Assembly (NCBI GenBank): GCA_004764695.1
Contig: SMSO01000014.1
Coordinates: 3,219,648-3,283,647, forward strand
Direction: 5' to 3'
Length of the DNA: 64,000 nucleotides
DNA from: Schizochytrium sp. TIO01
Taxonomy: Eukaryota > Protista > Bigyra: Labyrinthulomycetes
Part shown: positions 45,501-54,400 of the stretch, in pieces
Layout of the letters: each line of letters opens with the position of its first letter
Position numbering within the stretch: the first letter of the stretch is position 1
The notes under the pieces: model-generated
The model's database searches: none
What the model was told of the DNA's origin: nothing
Seen by the model: the letters and a program-made list of their open reading frames with translations, nothing else
Translations under genes and position numbers: made by a program

Positions 45501-47141
45501 GTGATCTTGGCAATTTTTGACAATGATAGCATTCCTCCATCTAGCAAGTCTACTTTATTCGGTCTTAGAGGTATAACATCTAGCATGGTTTACGATGCCA
45601 TTCTTAAGCAGGCAGATAAGGTTGCGGATTTTTCAAGGAAGTTCTTCAACTTGGAATATGGTACTCACTTCTTCAGAGACAACGAAAGGTCAGCTAAATT
45701 TTTCTTGTTGGAACTCATAGATGCTTATCCTAACATGTATCTTCCATACTTTACTACACATGATATGTTTAGGAGTATCATGACTGCTGAATCGCTCTCT
45801 TTTAATGAAAAGCTAATGGATATAGAGAGGATCAGTAATATCATCGACATATTTTACACATACAAGGAAATTTTGAATTCAGCCAACTCATCAATTGATG
45901 ATCTTATTTCTAAATTAGACGGTAGCACTTTTGATAGGTTGATCCTCCTGCATGGACTAAGAAAATTTAAAACGTATGATGACGGCGATCGTGCAGATCT
46001 AATACACAATCTACCAAACTTATTAAAGGGTGATTATTTTATGTTGTCTTTGCAGCGCGAATTGGCTCGTCGACTAAATCTTCTAAGGAACGAACCTTTT
46101 CTCGGTACCGAGATTGCTTCAACGGATCATCACTCATATCGCTATGATGTTCTTCCGCACTTTCACTCTTTGCCTGAGCAGAAGAATATGCACAAAAGAA
46201 TATCGCACCTGTACTTAAGAGAACAAACAGAACATTCATACACAGCTCCTCACAAAGATCCTGATTCACGAAGTAGAGGATCAGTAGGAGAAAGGGGATT
46301 TCAATCAAAGGAAGGAGTAGAAGAAGAGGAAGGGTCAGAAGAAGGGTTGGAAAAGACAGTGCAGGGTAAAGCATATAGAGATGAATACAGAAAAGTAAAC
46401 AATAAACAAAAAGGTACAAACAAAGGCCCTGTGTTAGACTTAGACGTGATTGTTGAGCAGAACTATCCGCCATCTTTATTCAAAAGGATTCAGAAGGATA
46501 TTTATCGATGGAATTTGATACTTCGTGTAGCTGATGGAGAAGATTTTTTAAATAATAATGAGTCTCTTGTTGAAAGCGATTTGGATGAATCATCAGATGA
46601 AGAAGAACAACCGTTTGACCACGCCATTGCAAATCGTAGTACTTTATTTTTGAGTGAAAATGAGGGGCATCATTCTGCAGAATCTCAAGAAGAAGAGGAT
46701 TCTGAAGAAGAAGAAGAGGATTCTGAAGAAGAATCTGAAGAAGAAGAGGATTCTGAAGAAGAAGAGGATTCACAAGAAGAAGAGGATTCACAAGAAGAAT
46801 CTGAAGAAGAAGAGGATTCTGAAGAAGAAGAGGATTCACAAGAAGAAGAGGATTCTGAAGAAGAAGAGGATTCTGAAGAAGAATCTGAAGAAGAAGAAGA
46901 TTCACAAGAAGAAGAATCTGAAGAAGAGGAGGATTCACAAGAAGAAGAATCTGAAGAAGAAGAGGATTCACAAGAAGAAGAATCTGAAGAAGAGGAGGAT
47001 TCACAAGAAGAAGAATCTGAAGAAGAAGAGGATTCACAAGAAGAAGAATCTGAAGAAGAGGAGGATTCACAAGAAGAAGAATCTGAAGAAGAAGAGGATT
47101 CACAAGAAGAAGAATCTGAAGAGGATTCCCACGAAGAATAA
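42555..47141 (+). CDS. Large hypothetical protein (1528 aa) with N-terminal cysteine-protease-like motif set and acidic repeat tail
   Basis: HANLLILD..IHFEPHG..GPQ..DGFCFAWC places His, Glu, Gln and Cys in clan-CE order. The C-terminal ~150 aa is E/D/S/Q repeats. Confidence 0.8.
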   Translation: MSDAVYEDVLRRAVRLRDENPQFKRQLNRIILHITNSMSYAEVLEQNAKLDEFDHQVEDGTNEGSKTVQDAENTLPESPQLLAQTSGDGKKRGRSIVKKEDKELNASLTRESEQYLKELLTTKGFHKLKSFGPAMLECFGFDDGNYLGYSSADARVYEIVHILEDIINKTSPDQEHVSIHIETNITYHVTTQRFHNLDDTVNFIYNILVEDPDEARYYSLPIVLDNFEDDSSEEDDQEEDDLHANLLILDLKEHSVIHFEPHGRGTRLYDVEVFTARMRELVERSFRKFNKQEKTKYFLLDVGSGSEAEENSEKDGIPWRFLTNLSQSFGRIGPQSSSGRWYRQNVNLRVTKRTSDLETLWTQRLTDGFCFAWCLLVTYVVLAPVDYTDAKSKVGFKGEFGEASADGTTLRDRFDITAESFDPTLLFDRFVNFHNCSGEFMGQTMLRFASFIAKCDKTLIRELAIFGDQIEIDEGDSRTLSEELIPVRLTSLMSPYFEHVEILSTRISMTPGNIVIPPNVINLLSHHADSGDSSNSPGSLSGYAQMVIVIVQRDNALLYLMLSPRKRQYCIQFTSDSLLQRIPIDESLDREIENYGKGTWKKQLLNTKQLVPTSSMVDGFALNYESSTLSTLERQFLTILLQVWLFCVVHILNPQVDGGDLFEMVKLKDAILDDSDFAVVKFKLIRKDAQNRRLNWTKLALLNRFRLYLLDGLELEYWQSIKRYSIDIIPESYKEAIDESLNSSEFIEELDGEIIPTILSQLDTEDPEDMQWLSSMTKLRDLGIMYKLCEGYSEVNENNADEVLALFDQILNYKYMKVQEVIPKLLNNLDNEAIRSMDESSVSSSVYFKVVVHYLKVFMPGAPLDTITGLILCASLLKHIPHFWMIVAKSYMECIDMVSTNDFTNGFEQLCIASQMTISLKMFPRKTFIMKKVNFRTFRKMFDESIQQKEVIQFQEIFQSLEADLEPLSWVMKQVPPEQFPDVILAIFDNDSIPPSSKSTLFGLRGITSSMVYDAILKQADKVADFSRKFFNLEYGTHFFRDNERSAKFFLLELIDAYPNMYLPYFTTHDMFRSIMTAESLSFNEKLMDIERISNIIDIFYTYKEILNSANSSIDDLISKLDGSTFDRLILLHGLRKFKTYDDGDRADLIHNLPNLLKGDYFMLSLQRELARRLNLLRNEPFLGTEIASTDHHSYRYDVLPHFHSLPEQKNMHKRISHLYLREQTEHSYTAPHKDPDSRSRGSVGERGFQSKEGVEEEEGSEEGLEKTVQGKAYRDEYRKVNNKQKGTNKGPVLDLDVIVEQNYPPSLFKRIQKDIYRWNLILRVADGEDFLNNNESLVESDLDESSDEEEQPFDHAIANRSTLFLSENEGHHSAESQEEEDSEEEEEDSEEESEEEEDSEEEEDSQEEEDSQEESEEEEDSEEEEDSQEEEDSEEEEDSEEESEEEEDSQEEESEEEEDSQEEESEEEEDSQEEESEEEEDSQEEESEEEEDSQEEESEEEEDSQEEESEEEEDSQEEESEEDSHEE
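46680..47138 (+). repeat. Coding tandem repeat (21-33 bp units, GAAGAAGAGGATTC...) encoding EEEEDSQEEES
   Basis: Directly visible. A regular 33-bp unit appears in the 3' half. Confidence 0.95.
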
Positions 47142-47215
47142 TTTAAAGAAGAGAATCATAGTATAATTTCGTAAATGATAACTTTTCCTTTTTTAAAGAA
47201 GAAATACAACAACTG

Positions 47216-50197
47216 TAAATGTTTTAGTTTTTTACTCCTCTTACTTTGCCCAACGAATGTCGAAGTTCATTAATCTCTTGATCGGCAGCTCTTGCGAAGT
47301 ATTCATCACTCATTTCCATCTTGCGAACGGCTATGCCGAAGTCAACTATGACAGGCCTTTGAGTTTCCTTATTGTATAGGACATTGCGGGCATCCACATC
47401 ACCGTGCAATACACCTTGGGAATGAATTTCATCGAGAGCAATCACTGCCTTTTCCACAAAGTCATCAGTGATGTCTTCAGGTGTTAAAGGTTCGCCAGAA
47501 TATTTTGTCCCAAGACCGTACAGAACATCGCATTCAAAAAGGCCATAATCGATAAATTCAGGGATGTGTTCGCCTTGTAGCGATTTTAACTGTTTGTAAA
47601 TTTCAGCTTCATTTTCAAGCTCTGGTATCTGTTCTTCTTGCTTAAAGCAATCCAGTATCTTCAAAACGCTGTCGATCTTCTCACCTGTTGGTAGGGGGAT
47701 ACCAATCCGAAGTGTCCTACCCGTGCGACCGGGTGGGAGTTCAGTGTACCCATCAAGTTTTAATAAAGGTAAATGAATCGACGCCCCATCTTTGCGGAAA
47801 TGTTTAGGGTCCTCGGAATTTTGATTTTCGTGCTTCTCTATCTTCGCGTCATTACTGGCTTTACACACTGCAGGTAGAACGACGCGTTCTGGAGTCTGCC
47901 CCGGGCCGCCTAAACAGGGAACCAAGATGCTATTTTCAATTTCACTGAAGTTCATCTCGCTTGTATCCGCTGCGAGCAAGATAGCAAGTGCGATAAGTTG
48001 CATCGAACTGAGTTTGCCGCGAGCGATATCACCAACATCTTCAGCCCGAACAGACTTTGTGATCATTAGATTTCCTTCACAGTCCCTGATAAGAACACAA
48101 GTCACTTTGTAGTTCGAGTAGACGCCAACCAGTAGACCATTCAAAAACATGTAGTTGTATAGTTGACGAACAACTGAATGCTTTTTATGACGGTCTGAAT
48201 CACATCCAGGACAGTCATGATCACAATAAGTCTCACTGAGGTTGTCGTAGGAGTACTTCTCACCAGGACCTTTCAACTCACCTACGATCAACGGAATATG
48301 GGTACCATCTACTGTCTTAGCAGCAAAAGAAAAGTCTGCTTTACCCTCTATTCCTTTCGGGTCAGCCGTATAGATGGAGACCTCATAAGGGACTTTTTCG
48401 TTGGATTCTTCGGTCATGGCTTCTGTTACAAGAAACATAACCTGATCAAATGCTGTCGTGACAGTTGCTTCGTTTGAGAATGTTTTTTTATTACTCATCC
48501 TTTCAAAGACATCTTCGAAGTTGACGGTAGATTGCAGTTCATTCAGAATATCAATGTACCCTTTCTCGTTACTGTAGTGCACGAAAGACTCCACTAACAA
48601 AGGTCTGACCTTCGCAGGCGAAGCGGGGTAATTTTCGAGGTTCGAGATATCTGTCTTGCTTGTTCGTATTTTGGGTGAATCCTGAACATTTGGTAGACGA
48701 TGACTGGTGACCGACAGAAAATTTTGCGGTTCCGTACGAGAAATCAAATCACTTAACCTCCTCACTTCAGCTTGGTGATCATCGATTATGTCCTGCGTTT
48801 TTGCAAGGCGTTGTTCTTTGGCAAGAATTTGTTGCTCTTTCACTTCTAACGACTTTTCTTTTTCGATAATTTTTTTGGACAAATTCACGCAAAGGGCAAG
48901 AGTAGCGTCCTGTATATCATCGGGCGAGTACCCGTACCTCTCCTGGAACGATTTTGACTTGATCTCACCACGACAGAAAGCATCGAGAAAGTCGTAGTCG
49001 TCCTCATTTCCTAGCTTTTCTTTAATTTTCTTCTCGATTTGCTTGATTTCTTGCAAAAGTTCGTCTTTTTCAGCCTCGAGGTCCTCAATTTTTCGATCCA
49101 TACGCTTGTACTCCTCAGCCTTTTCTGCATGCAAAGTTCTAGCGTCGGCCAAGAGGGAAGCTAATTCCTGATTCAAGACTACGTGTTTCATAGGAGTGGG
49201 TCTGTCTGAATCGGTTGTGAACATCTGAATTGATGAGAGGCGGGGTTCTCGTCTTCTAGCGGCACTCCTTGTCTGGTTGGTGATCTTGGAGGCTGCATTT
49301 TTTAATCCCTTGATAGTAGCACCTATCATGGTGTTCGAACGATTTTTGAGGTGTTCGAACGATTGGGTTTTGCTGCTCTTGAGAACTAGGTTTGGATGCT
49401 TCCTCTATTGTTTATACTTGATTTACTAATGAATGGTACTAGTAGATATTCTTACTTATTTATTTGTTTCTTACACACCCTCAAATCAAACCCATGTCTT
49501 CTTCTAATGACTCATACACTGCACGAGGGATAAACTATAAAACAAGCTCTGAATATCATTACGATCTATATAGGTGCAATAGTATGCTAAGTATTCTTTA
49601 AAAAAAAATTACTACTCAAGAATAAAATGTAGTTATCTTTCATAGTGCTAGTATTTTGCGAAACCCATAATCCGCGAATTAAAGTCTGCTTTGTTGCATA
49701 ACTTTGATGCCGTGGCTGGTGGCGTGGCCGTGGCGTCTACGAATCTATTTCTCTCCTCGCACGCGCCGTATGCCGTGTGTGCGCACGCACACGCGCTCAT
49801 TCCACCCATCTCTCCCTCCACGCAAGTCAAACGTTGTGATGAATCGATGCAAGTGGGTAAGATCGATACCCTCGCTCGCCAAGGCCAAGGACAACTTTCC
49901 ATGCATCGTTTGATTGCGTAAGTCGAAGGTTGTGCTGGCTCGTGCCGGTAGGTAGGAGAAGAGAAGATCGGTCCTCTCAGTAGACCTTGATCAAGCGATT
50001 TGTGCAGGCAGTGCTAGGCAGGAGAGGACAATTGAAGATCGGTCGTTTGATTGAGCAGTGTTGTGTAAAAGAACGATTTTCGCCAGTGGTAGAGGTTTGA
50101 CTACTCATCTTTTGATCACCTAAGTTGAGAGTAGTTGTGCAGTTATAGAAAGATGGATACCCTCGCTCACCAAGGACAACCTTTGATCAATCGTTTG
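47216..50197 (-). repeat. Duplicated ~3 kb REase-kinase cassette, copy 2
   Basis: 49320-49477 matches 37608-37765 essentially base for base. 48801-49040 closely matches 37096-37335. Upstream GC-rich and iterated motifs are shared. Confidence 0.92.
47224..49329 (-). CDS. Coiled-coil header + PD-(D/E)xK REase-like domain + minimal protein kinase (Crinkler/CR-effector-like), copy 2
   Basis: NEATV, GKADF, IVGELKGP, VVRQLYNYMFLN..GVYSNY; PPGRTGRTL, VLKILD, NEAEIYKQL, LHGDVDARNVLY, IVDFG. Paralogue of 35470-37617. Confidence 0.85.
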   Translation of the reverse strand: MIGATIKGLKNAASKITNQTRSAARRREPRLSSIQMFTTDSDRPTPMKHVVLNQELASLLADARTLHAEKAEEYKRMDRKIEDLEAEKDELLQEIKQIEKKIKEKLGNEDDYDFLDAFCRGEIKSKSFQERYGYSPDDIQDATLALCVNLSKKIIEKEKSLEVKEQQILAKEQRLAKTQDIIDDHQAEVRRLSDLISRTEPQNFLSVTSHRLPNVQDSPKIRTSKTDISNLENYPASPAKVRPLLVESFVHYSNEKGYIDILNELQSTVNFEDVFERMSNKKTFSNEATVTTAFDQVMFLVTEAMTEESNEKVPYEVSIYTADPKGIEGKADFSFAAKTVDGTHIPLIVGELKGPGEKYSYDNLSETYCDHDCPGCDSDRHKKHSVVRQLYNYMFLNGLLVGVYSNYKVTCVLIRDCEGNLMITKSVRAEDVGDIARGKLSSMQLIALAILLAADTSEMNFSEIENSILVPCLGGPGQTPERVVLPAVCKASNDAKIEKHENQNSEDPKHFRKDGASIHLPLLKLDGYTELPPGRTGRTLRIGIPLPTGEKIDSVLKILDCFKQEEQIPELENEAEIYKQLKSLQGEHIPEFIDYGLFECDVLYGLGTKYSGEPLTPEDITDDFVEKAVIALDEIHSQGVLHGDVDARNVLYNKETQRPVIVDFGIAVRKMEMSDEYFARAADQEINELRHSLGKVRGVKN

Positions 50198-50216
50198 TTT
50201 TATTTCAAAAGCTGTA

Positions 50217-51176
50217 CTATTCAGAGTTTATATTCATGAGTCCTCTACCAAACGCACACTGATTCGGTGCTTCTTTTTGAAGCTTATATCTATACTTTAC
50301 ATAATAATCAATGTCATTCCAACACTCAGGCTCCACTGTGCTCATAAGTAGGTACTCTTGAATGTCAGAAGCCCAGGGCGGGATGTCCAAAACATGTGAG
50401 ACAATAAAGGCTCTCTGTGTGATATCTTTCATTTTAATTTTATCCCTTAGCCATCTGTCAAATCCGTGCTTGTCACCAGTCTTTAGTATGCCATATGCAA
50501 AATTTCTCAGACCTGATACGGAATCAAAATGCCCCTTTTCACACATTAAATTAGCTCTCCAAGGTCCAACATATCTGATACAAGTGAGACACTCATCTAC
50601 AATCGTTTCTTCGTTCTCAAGATCATCAAGTTCCTTAAGCAGATCGCGCTTCGGTGCAATCCATTCTTTATAGATGTTTTCCAAAGCGAGAACGTCTGCA
50701 TCAGCTCGGTGCGCATTCTCAATAGGTTTGCCAAACATGACCTCATGAACATCCCCCAATCTAAATGATTTCATATTGGGGTAATTTTTCCTTAACCAAG
50801 GTAAAGAGTCCCAAAATTTAATTTGTTGAGGAACAACACCATTCAACTCTTTGAGGAGAATTAATTGATCAAAATATGTGTTATTGTGAGCAATCATTTC
50901 CACATAATCGAAATCCTCGACGTGGAACTCTTTAAACATTTTAGCAACAACCTGTTCGATGGTGGGTGCATCTTTGATGTCTTGGTCATGAATGTTGTGA
51001 ATCAATGAAGAATTAGGAGGAATTCCTCCCTTAAAACCGGGATTGACGAATGATATAAAAATGGGTCCATCTACAATTTTTGCGCATATTTGTAGAATTT
51101 TATGATTTTTACTAAACATTGGCATGTTCCGAAAACCGGTCGTTTCCAAATCGTATATAATATGAAGAACTTTCAT
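50217..51176 (-). CDS. DEDDh 3'-5' exonuclease (DNA Pol III epsilon-like) with C-terminal helix-hairpin-helix-like segment
   Basis: ExoI IIYDLETTG, ExoII IAHNNTYFD, ExoIII AHRADADV, and CIRYVGPWRA. Likely start is ATG 51176 (MKVLHIIYDLE), not the GTG at 51437. Confidence 0.9.
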   Translation of the reverse strand: MKVLHIIYDLETTGFRNMPMFSKNHKILQICAKIVDGPIFISFVNPGFKGGIPPNSSLIHNIHDQDIKDAPTIEQVVAKMFKEFHVEDFDYVEMIAHNNTYFDQLILLKELNGVVPQQIKFWDSLPWLRKNYPNMKSFRLGDVHEVMFGKPIENAHRADADVLALENIYKEWIAPKRDLLKELDDLENEETIVDECLTCIRYVGPWRANLMCEKGHFDSVSGLRNFAYGILKTGDKHGFDRWLRDKIKMKDITQRAFIVSHVLDIPPWASDIQEYLLMSTVEPECWNDIDYYVKYRYKLQKEAPNQCAFGRGLMNINSE

Positions 51177-51774
51177 GTTTTTAATAGCGGCCGCTTGTCG
51201 TCTCGAGTTTGCATTAGATTTTTTTTTTTGTTCTGTTGAGCGGGGGAGGGTTCTTGGATTAAGCTCTCCAAATGTATGTTTCAACCGCTTATTGTCTCGT
51301 TTCACAGCACTAATCTGTATCCTTGGACCTGCTTTAGGATCAGATGTCTCTGTGACGACATCCGATGGGACAACTGAAGAATCAGGTGTAGAGGTGGTCG
51401 GCAATGAAATAGTTTCATGCAATCTAAACACTGACACTGGTAATATGCTGTGTGCGAATAGAGGTTATGATACTATCACCCAATATCACAACGTTAGGCA
51501 GTTAATGATGTGTGAGTATCACTACTGTGTAACCTTCACAGACGATGAAGATGTGTTGACTTGCTCCGGCTATGTGTATAAATCTAACGCTGTAGGCAGC
51601 TCCAAACTTTATAACCCATTGACTCCATGGGTTTCTGATTCCGATTCTAGCACTCGATCCGATGGTACTGTTGTTGAATTAGGTACTCCATTGAATGGTT
51701 ATAACATACTAGTCGATCTTTTTGAAAATGCAGTGCATAGTGACTTTTCTACAGAAGTGAGCGCTGAAAGGTGA
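51175..51774 (+). pseudogene. Secreted-type Cys-containing ORF apparently truncated at the island's right junction
   Basis: Hydrophobic FTALICILGPALG followed by a Cys-spaced extracellular-like sequence. Its last codons run into the interspersed repeat starting at ~51763. Start is uncertain. Confidence 0.45.
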
Positions 51775-52180
51775 TACTGATTCGCGTGAGGTTGACTGTA
51801 AAGATGAAGGCAAGAAGCTTGATGAAGGTTATAAGAAGGTTGATTTTAAGTGTTAGCGAACTACTGTCCTGGGGAATGAATTCCAGGACAGATGGATTCA
51901 TGTAGTAATTAGGGAGATTAAGACATTCTTGAATGTGGTTAGAGATAATCAATGGGGTCAGGTTATCCAACCTTCTCCAACCATCGATTCAAGCTAAACC
52001 AAGCTTGGGTGTCGGTAATGTGTATTCACACTTCTAGTTCTTGGCTTCAGCAGCCACATGAGTCTGGCTGCCTATTCTTGTTCTAATGTAAACCTTATTA
52101 CTATTGGGTTTTACAAAGGGACACCAAGAACTCTAGCAATGTCTTGTCCACTAGTTCCTTCGATTGGAGATCTCAGCATT
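51763..52180 (+). repeat. Interspersed ~420-bp repeat, copy A
   Basis: Reverse-complement match to 58591-58985 and direct, more diverged match to ~59064-59412. Internal hairpin CTGTCCTGG...CCAGGACAG at 51864-51891. Confidence 0.88.
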
Positions 52181-53766
52181 AGGATTTTACTTTTAGTTAG
52201 CATTCTGCTAGCCACAAAGACATAGAGGAGCAGCTTTATAATCAGAAGGCGAAAACTGCCATAATCTGCTTTGTTCATGATTAGAGAGGTCAAACTCCTT
52301 TATTTGTTCAACTAGTATTTCATCCTTTGGTTATCAGCGCCATAATGAGGATACACCAGCCCTACTGTTAACCTCAGAATCCTAATTGCCTCGGTAACTT
52401 GTAAGCATATCCTACTTTATATGAGTTCCTCTATTTCGCTAGCGATTTTGACACGATATTATACCCATAAACTTCTGACTGGTGGCTTTCGTCATATCAA
52501 AGGATGATATTTGATTTAAAGAGAATCTAATCATGTTTCGCAAAAGGGGAATGTTTCATACTACTCAGTATCTAATATTGTAAGCTGCTGAACTCGTGAT
52601 TGTCTACTAAAAGAATCAATAGTACATTGTAAGCTGCAAAGTGACGGAGTCGAAAAACAAGAGTAGGAATTTGAAGGCAGGGTGGTAACACTTTCGATCT
52701 GTATGGGTTACAATTTTTATCAATATGTCTAACTGAATTGTGGCCTGAGGCTCATTAAATTGTAGACCCGACTGAAGACTTATATTTATCGTCCGCTTGC
52801 TACGGCCGGAACTTGATTCGAGAGTGGTTGCTCCTCAAACTGCGTGAAACTAATTTGATGTTGTTTTCTGCAGACATAAATTTGTTTTTTCCACCCTGAG
52901 AAGAGTTGGTTGTCTGCTATAATTCCGAACTCTACTCAAATACTGTTGAAAAGAAGTTATTTAATTTTGATAATTGAAGATCCTTAAAGTCAGGACAGTG
53001 TGCTAGACATAGGAACACTTTGCTTCTTTACATGTTCTCATATCTGAGCAATATAGCTTTGTTTTTCCGGGCACCATGCGTTGCCAAAGTGAAAATAGTC
53101 TGCGTATGATGATTCTTCCAAGGTTTATTTGACTTTCTAATCAACATCAAATAAGTATGTTATGAGCTCAAAACAAACAGTTTTCTTACTATTACGCAAT
53201 GGAAGCTTGCTCACATCCTTTTTTAAAGATTTGAAGATATAAATGTTTTCTTGTTTCTTCTGGCATGACAAGCAGAGGAGCTTTGATTAGATAAATACTG
53301 TAAATACCAGATGTTGCTTAATGCATGAATCATTGACACGTCGCATTATCAAGCTGAAAGACCTTTCCACTCCTTTTAGGTAAGCCTTAGGCACATCAAT
53401 AACACATCTTGACTTTCGCAAACTTCAAAATAAAAAGTACTTCAATATACTTCTTTGCAATCGGTGCATATAATGCAACTTTGATGTGCAAGTGTACTCT
53501 TGAGAACGATGTTTCTGCGCTCAACACTTGCCTGAGTTCACTTGTACTAAAATGCTAAAATAGCTCGCTGGGATCGGGAATCAATAGCGAAAACAAGCTG
53601 GTTTATAAGTAGGACAGGGAGTGATAGCTGACCTGGACTTCTTACTCATTGAACAGGGGCAATTGTGAGGACTTTTTGGGAACGAGGCATTGAAGATAGT
53701 GAGAAAGAGAAACAGATTTACACATGATAAGCTTAATGGGCGACGGTTGCTATTTTGTCAACGAAT

Positions 53767-54400
53767 CTATGAAGTTGTGTCCATAAACTCCTCGCCGTTA
53801 GTTAATGCCGTCTGTTCTGCCTCTGATTCTGCGAGTGGTGCACGGACATCAACCTGATCATGTGTTGCAGTGGCATGGTTAAATTGCCAGTGAAAGAACT
53901 GCTGGGAATGGATGATTTCTGTAACTTGCGGCTCTTTCAGCTTAGTACGGAATCCCTTATCCTGCAAAAGGTCTAAGAAGTAAAGGCAGTGTGGATACAC
54001 GATAAACTTGGCATACTCCGGCTCCTTCCAATACCTCAAGTAGGAGAGATACGCTAGAAAATTTTCATCCTCAAGTACGAGCGTTTGGGCTAAATAGTTA
54101 AGGTATGTTGGATTTGCAAGACACTGTACAAACTCAAGTTCAACCTCAAACCTCAAACGTTCCTTTTCTTTAATTTCAACAGATTCCTCTTCCTCCATTT
54201 TGGCGTCTGCAGCAACTGCACCGGTCGCTATCACCGCTAGCCTGTGCAATATTTCCGCTAGCATTTGCTATATCGGAGCCTTCAGCTGTATCCATGACAA
54301 CATCTTCTGATGCATTCGCAGAGGCGTCACCAGGACCATCTTGATCGTGACTGTGCTGCGCAGAAGCCCCTTGGTTCGTCGAATCTAACTCGTCCGCCAT
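53767..54400 (-). CDS. MED31: Mediator complex subunit 31 (SOH1); N-terminal extension out of frame near 54225, alternative start ATG 54198
   Basis: RFEVELEFVQCLANPTYLNYLAQ...FLAYLSYLRYWKEPEYAKFIVYPHCLYFLDLLQ is the canonical Med31 domain. Confidence 0.92.

Larger units (their letters stand above)
31984..51762. mobile_element. Endogenous large-DNA-virus-derived segment (Mirusviricota/Nucleocytoviricota-like), boundaries approximate
   Basis: Tightly packed intronless ORFs (gaps of 24, 61 and 92 bp; a 12-bp convergent overlap at 41768-41779), AT-richer codon style than host genes, and a giant-virus-type gene set (A22-type RuvC, heliorhodopsin, Zn-ribbon endonuclease, DEDDh exonuclease, HAN..FEPHG..GFC protease). 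No capsid or polymerase gene in the window. Confidence 0.78.

Noticed and set aside
46480-47166. 207-aa Leu-rich and 170-aa Lys-rich ORFs
   Set aside because: Alternative-frame readings of the acidic tandem repeat in the 1528-aa gene.
51177-51437. 87-aa N-terminal extension of the exonuclease
   Set aside because: It starts at GTG and is antisense to the + strand ORF. The ExoI motif begins right after ATG 51176, as is normal for this family.
31984-51762. Assignment as Polinton/Maverick, virophage or a definite mirusvirus
   Set aside because: No pPolB, integrase, packaging ATPase, capsid, portal or terminase gene is recognisable in the window, so lineage cannot be assigned without phylogeny.
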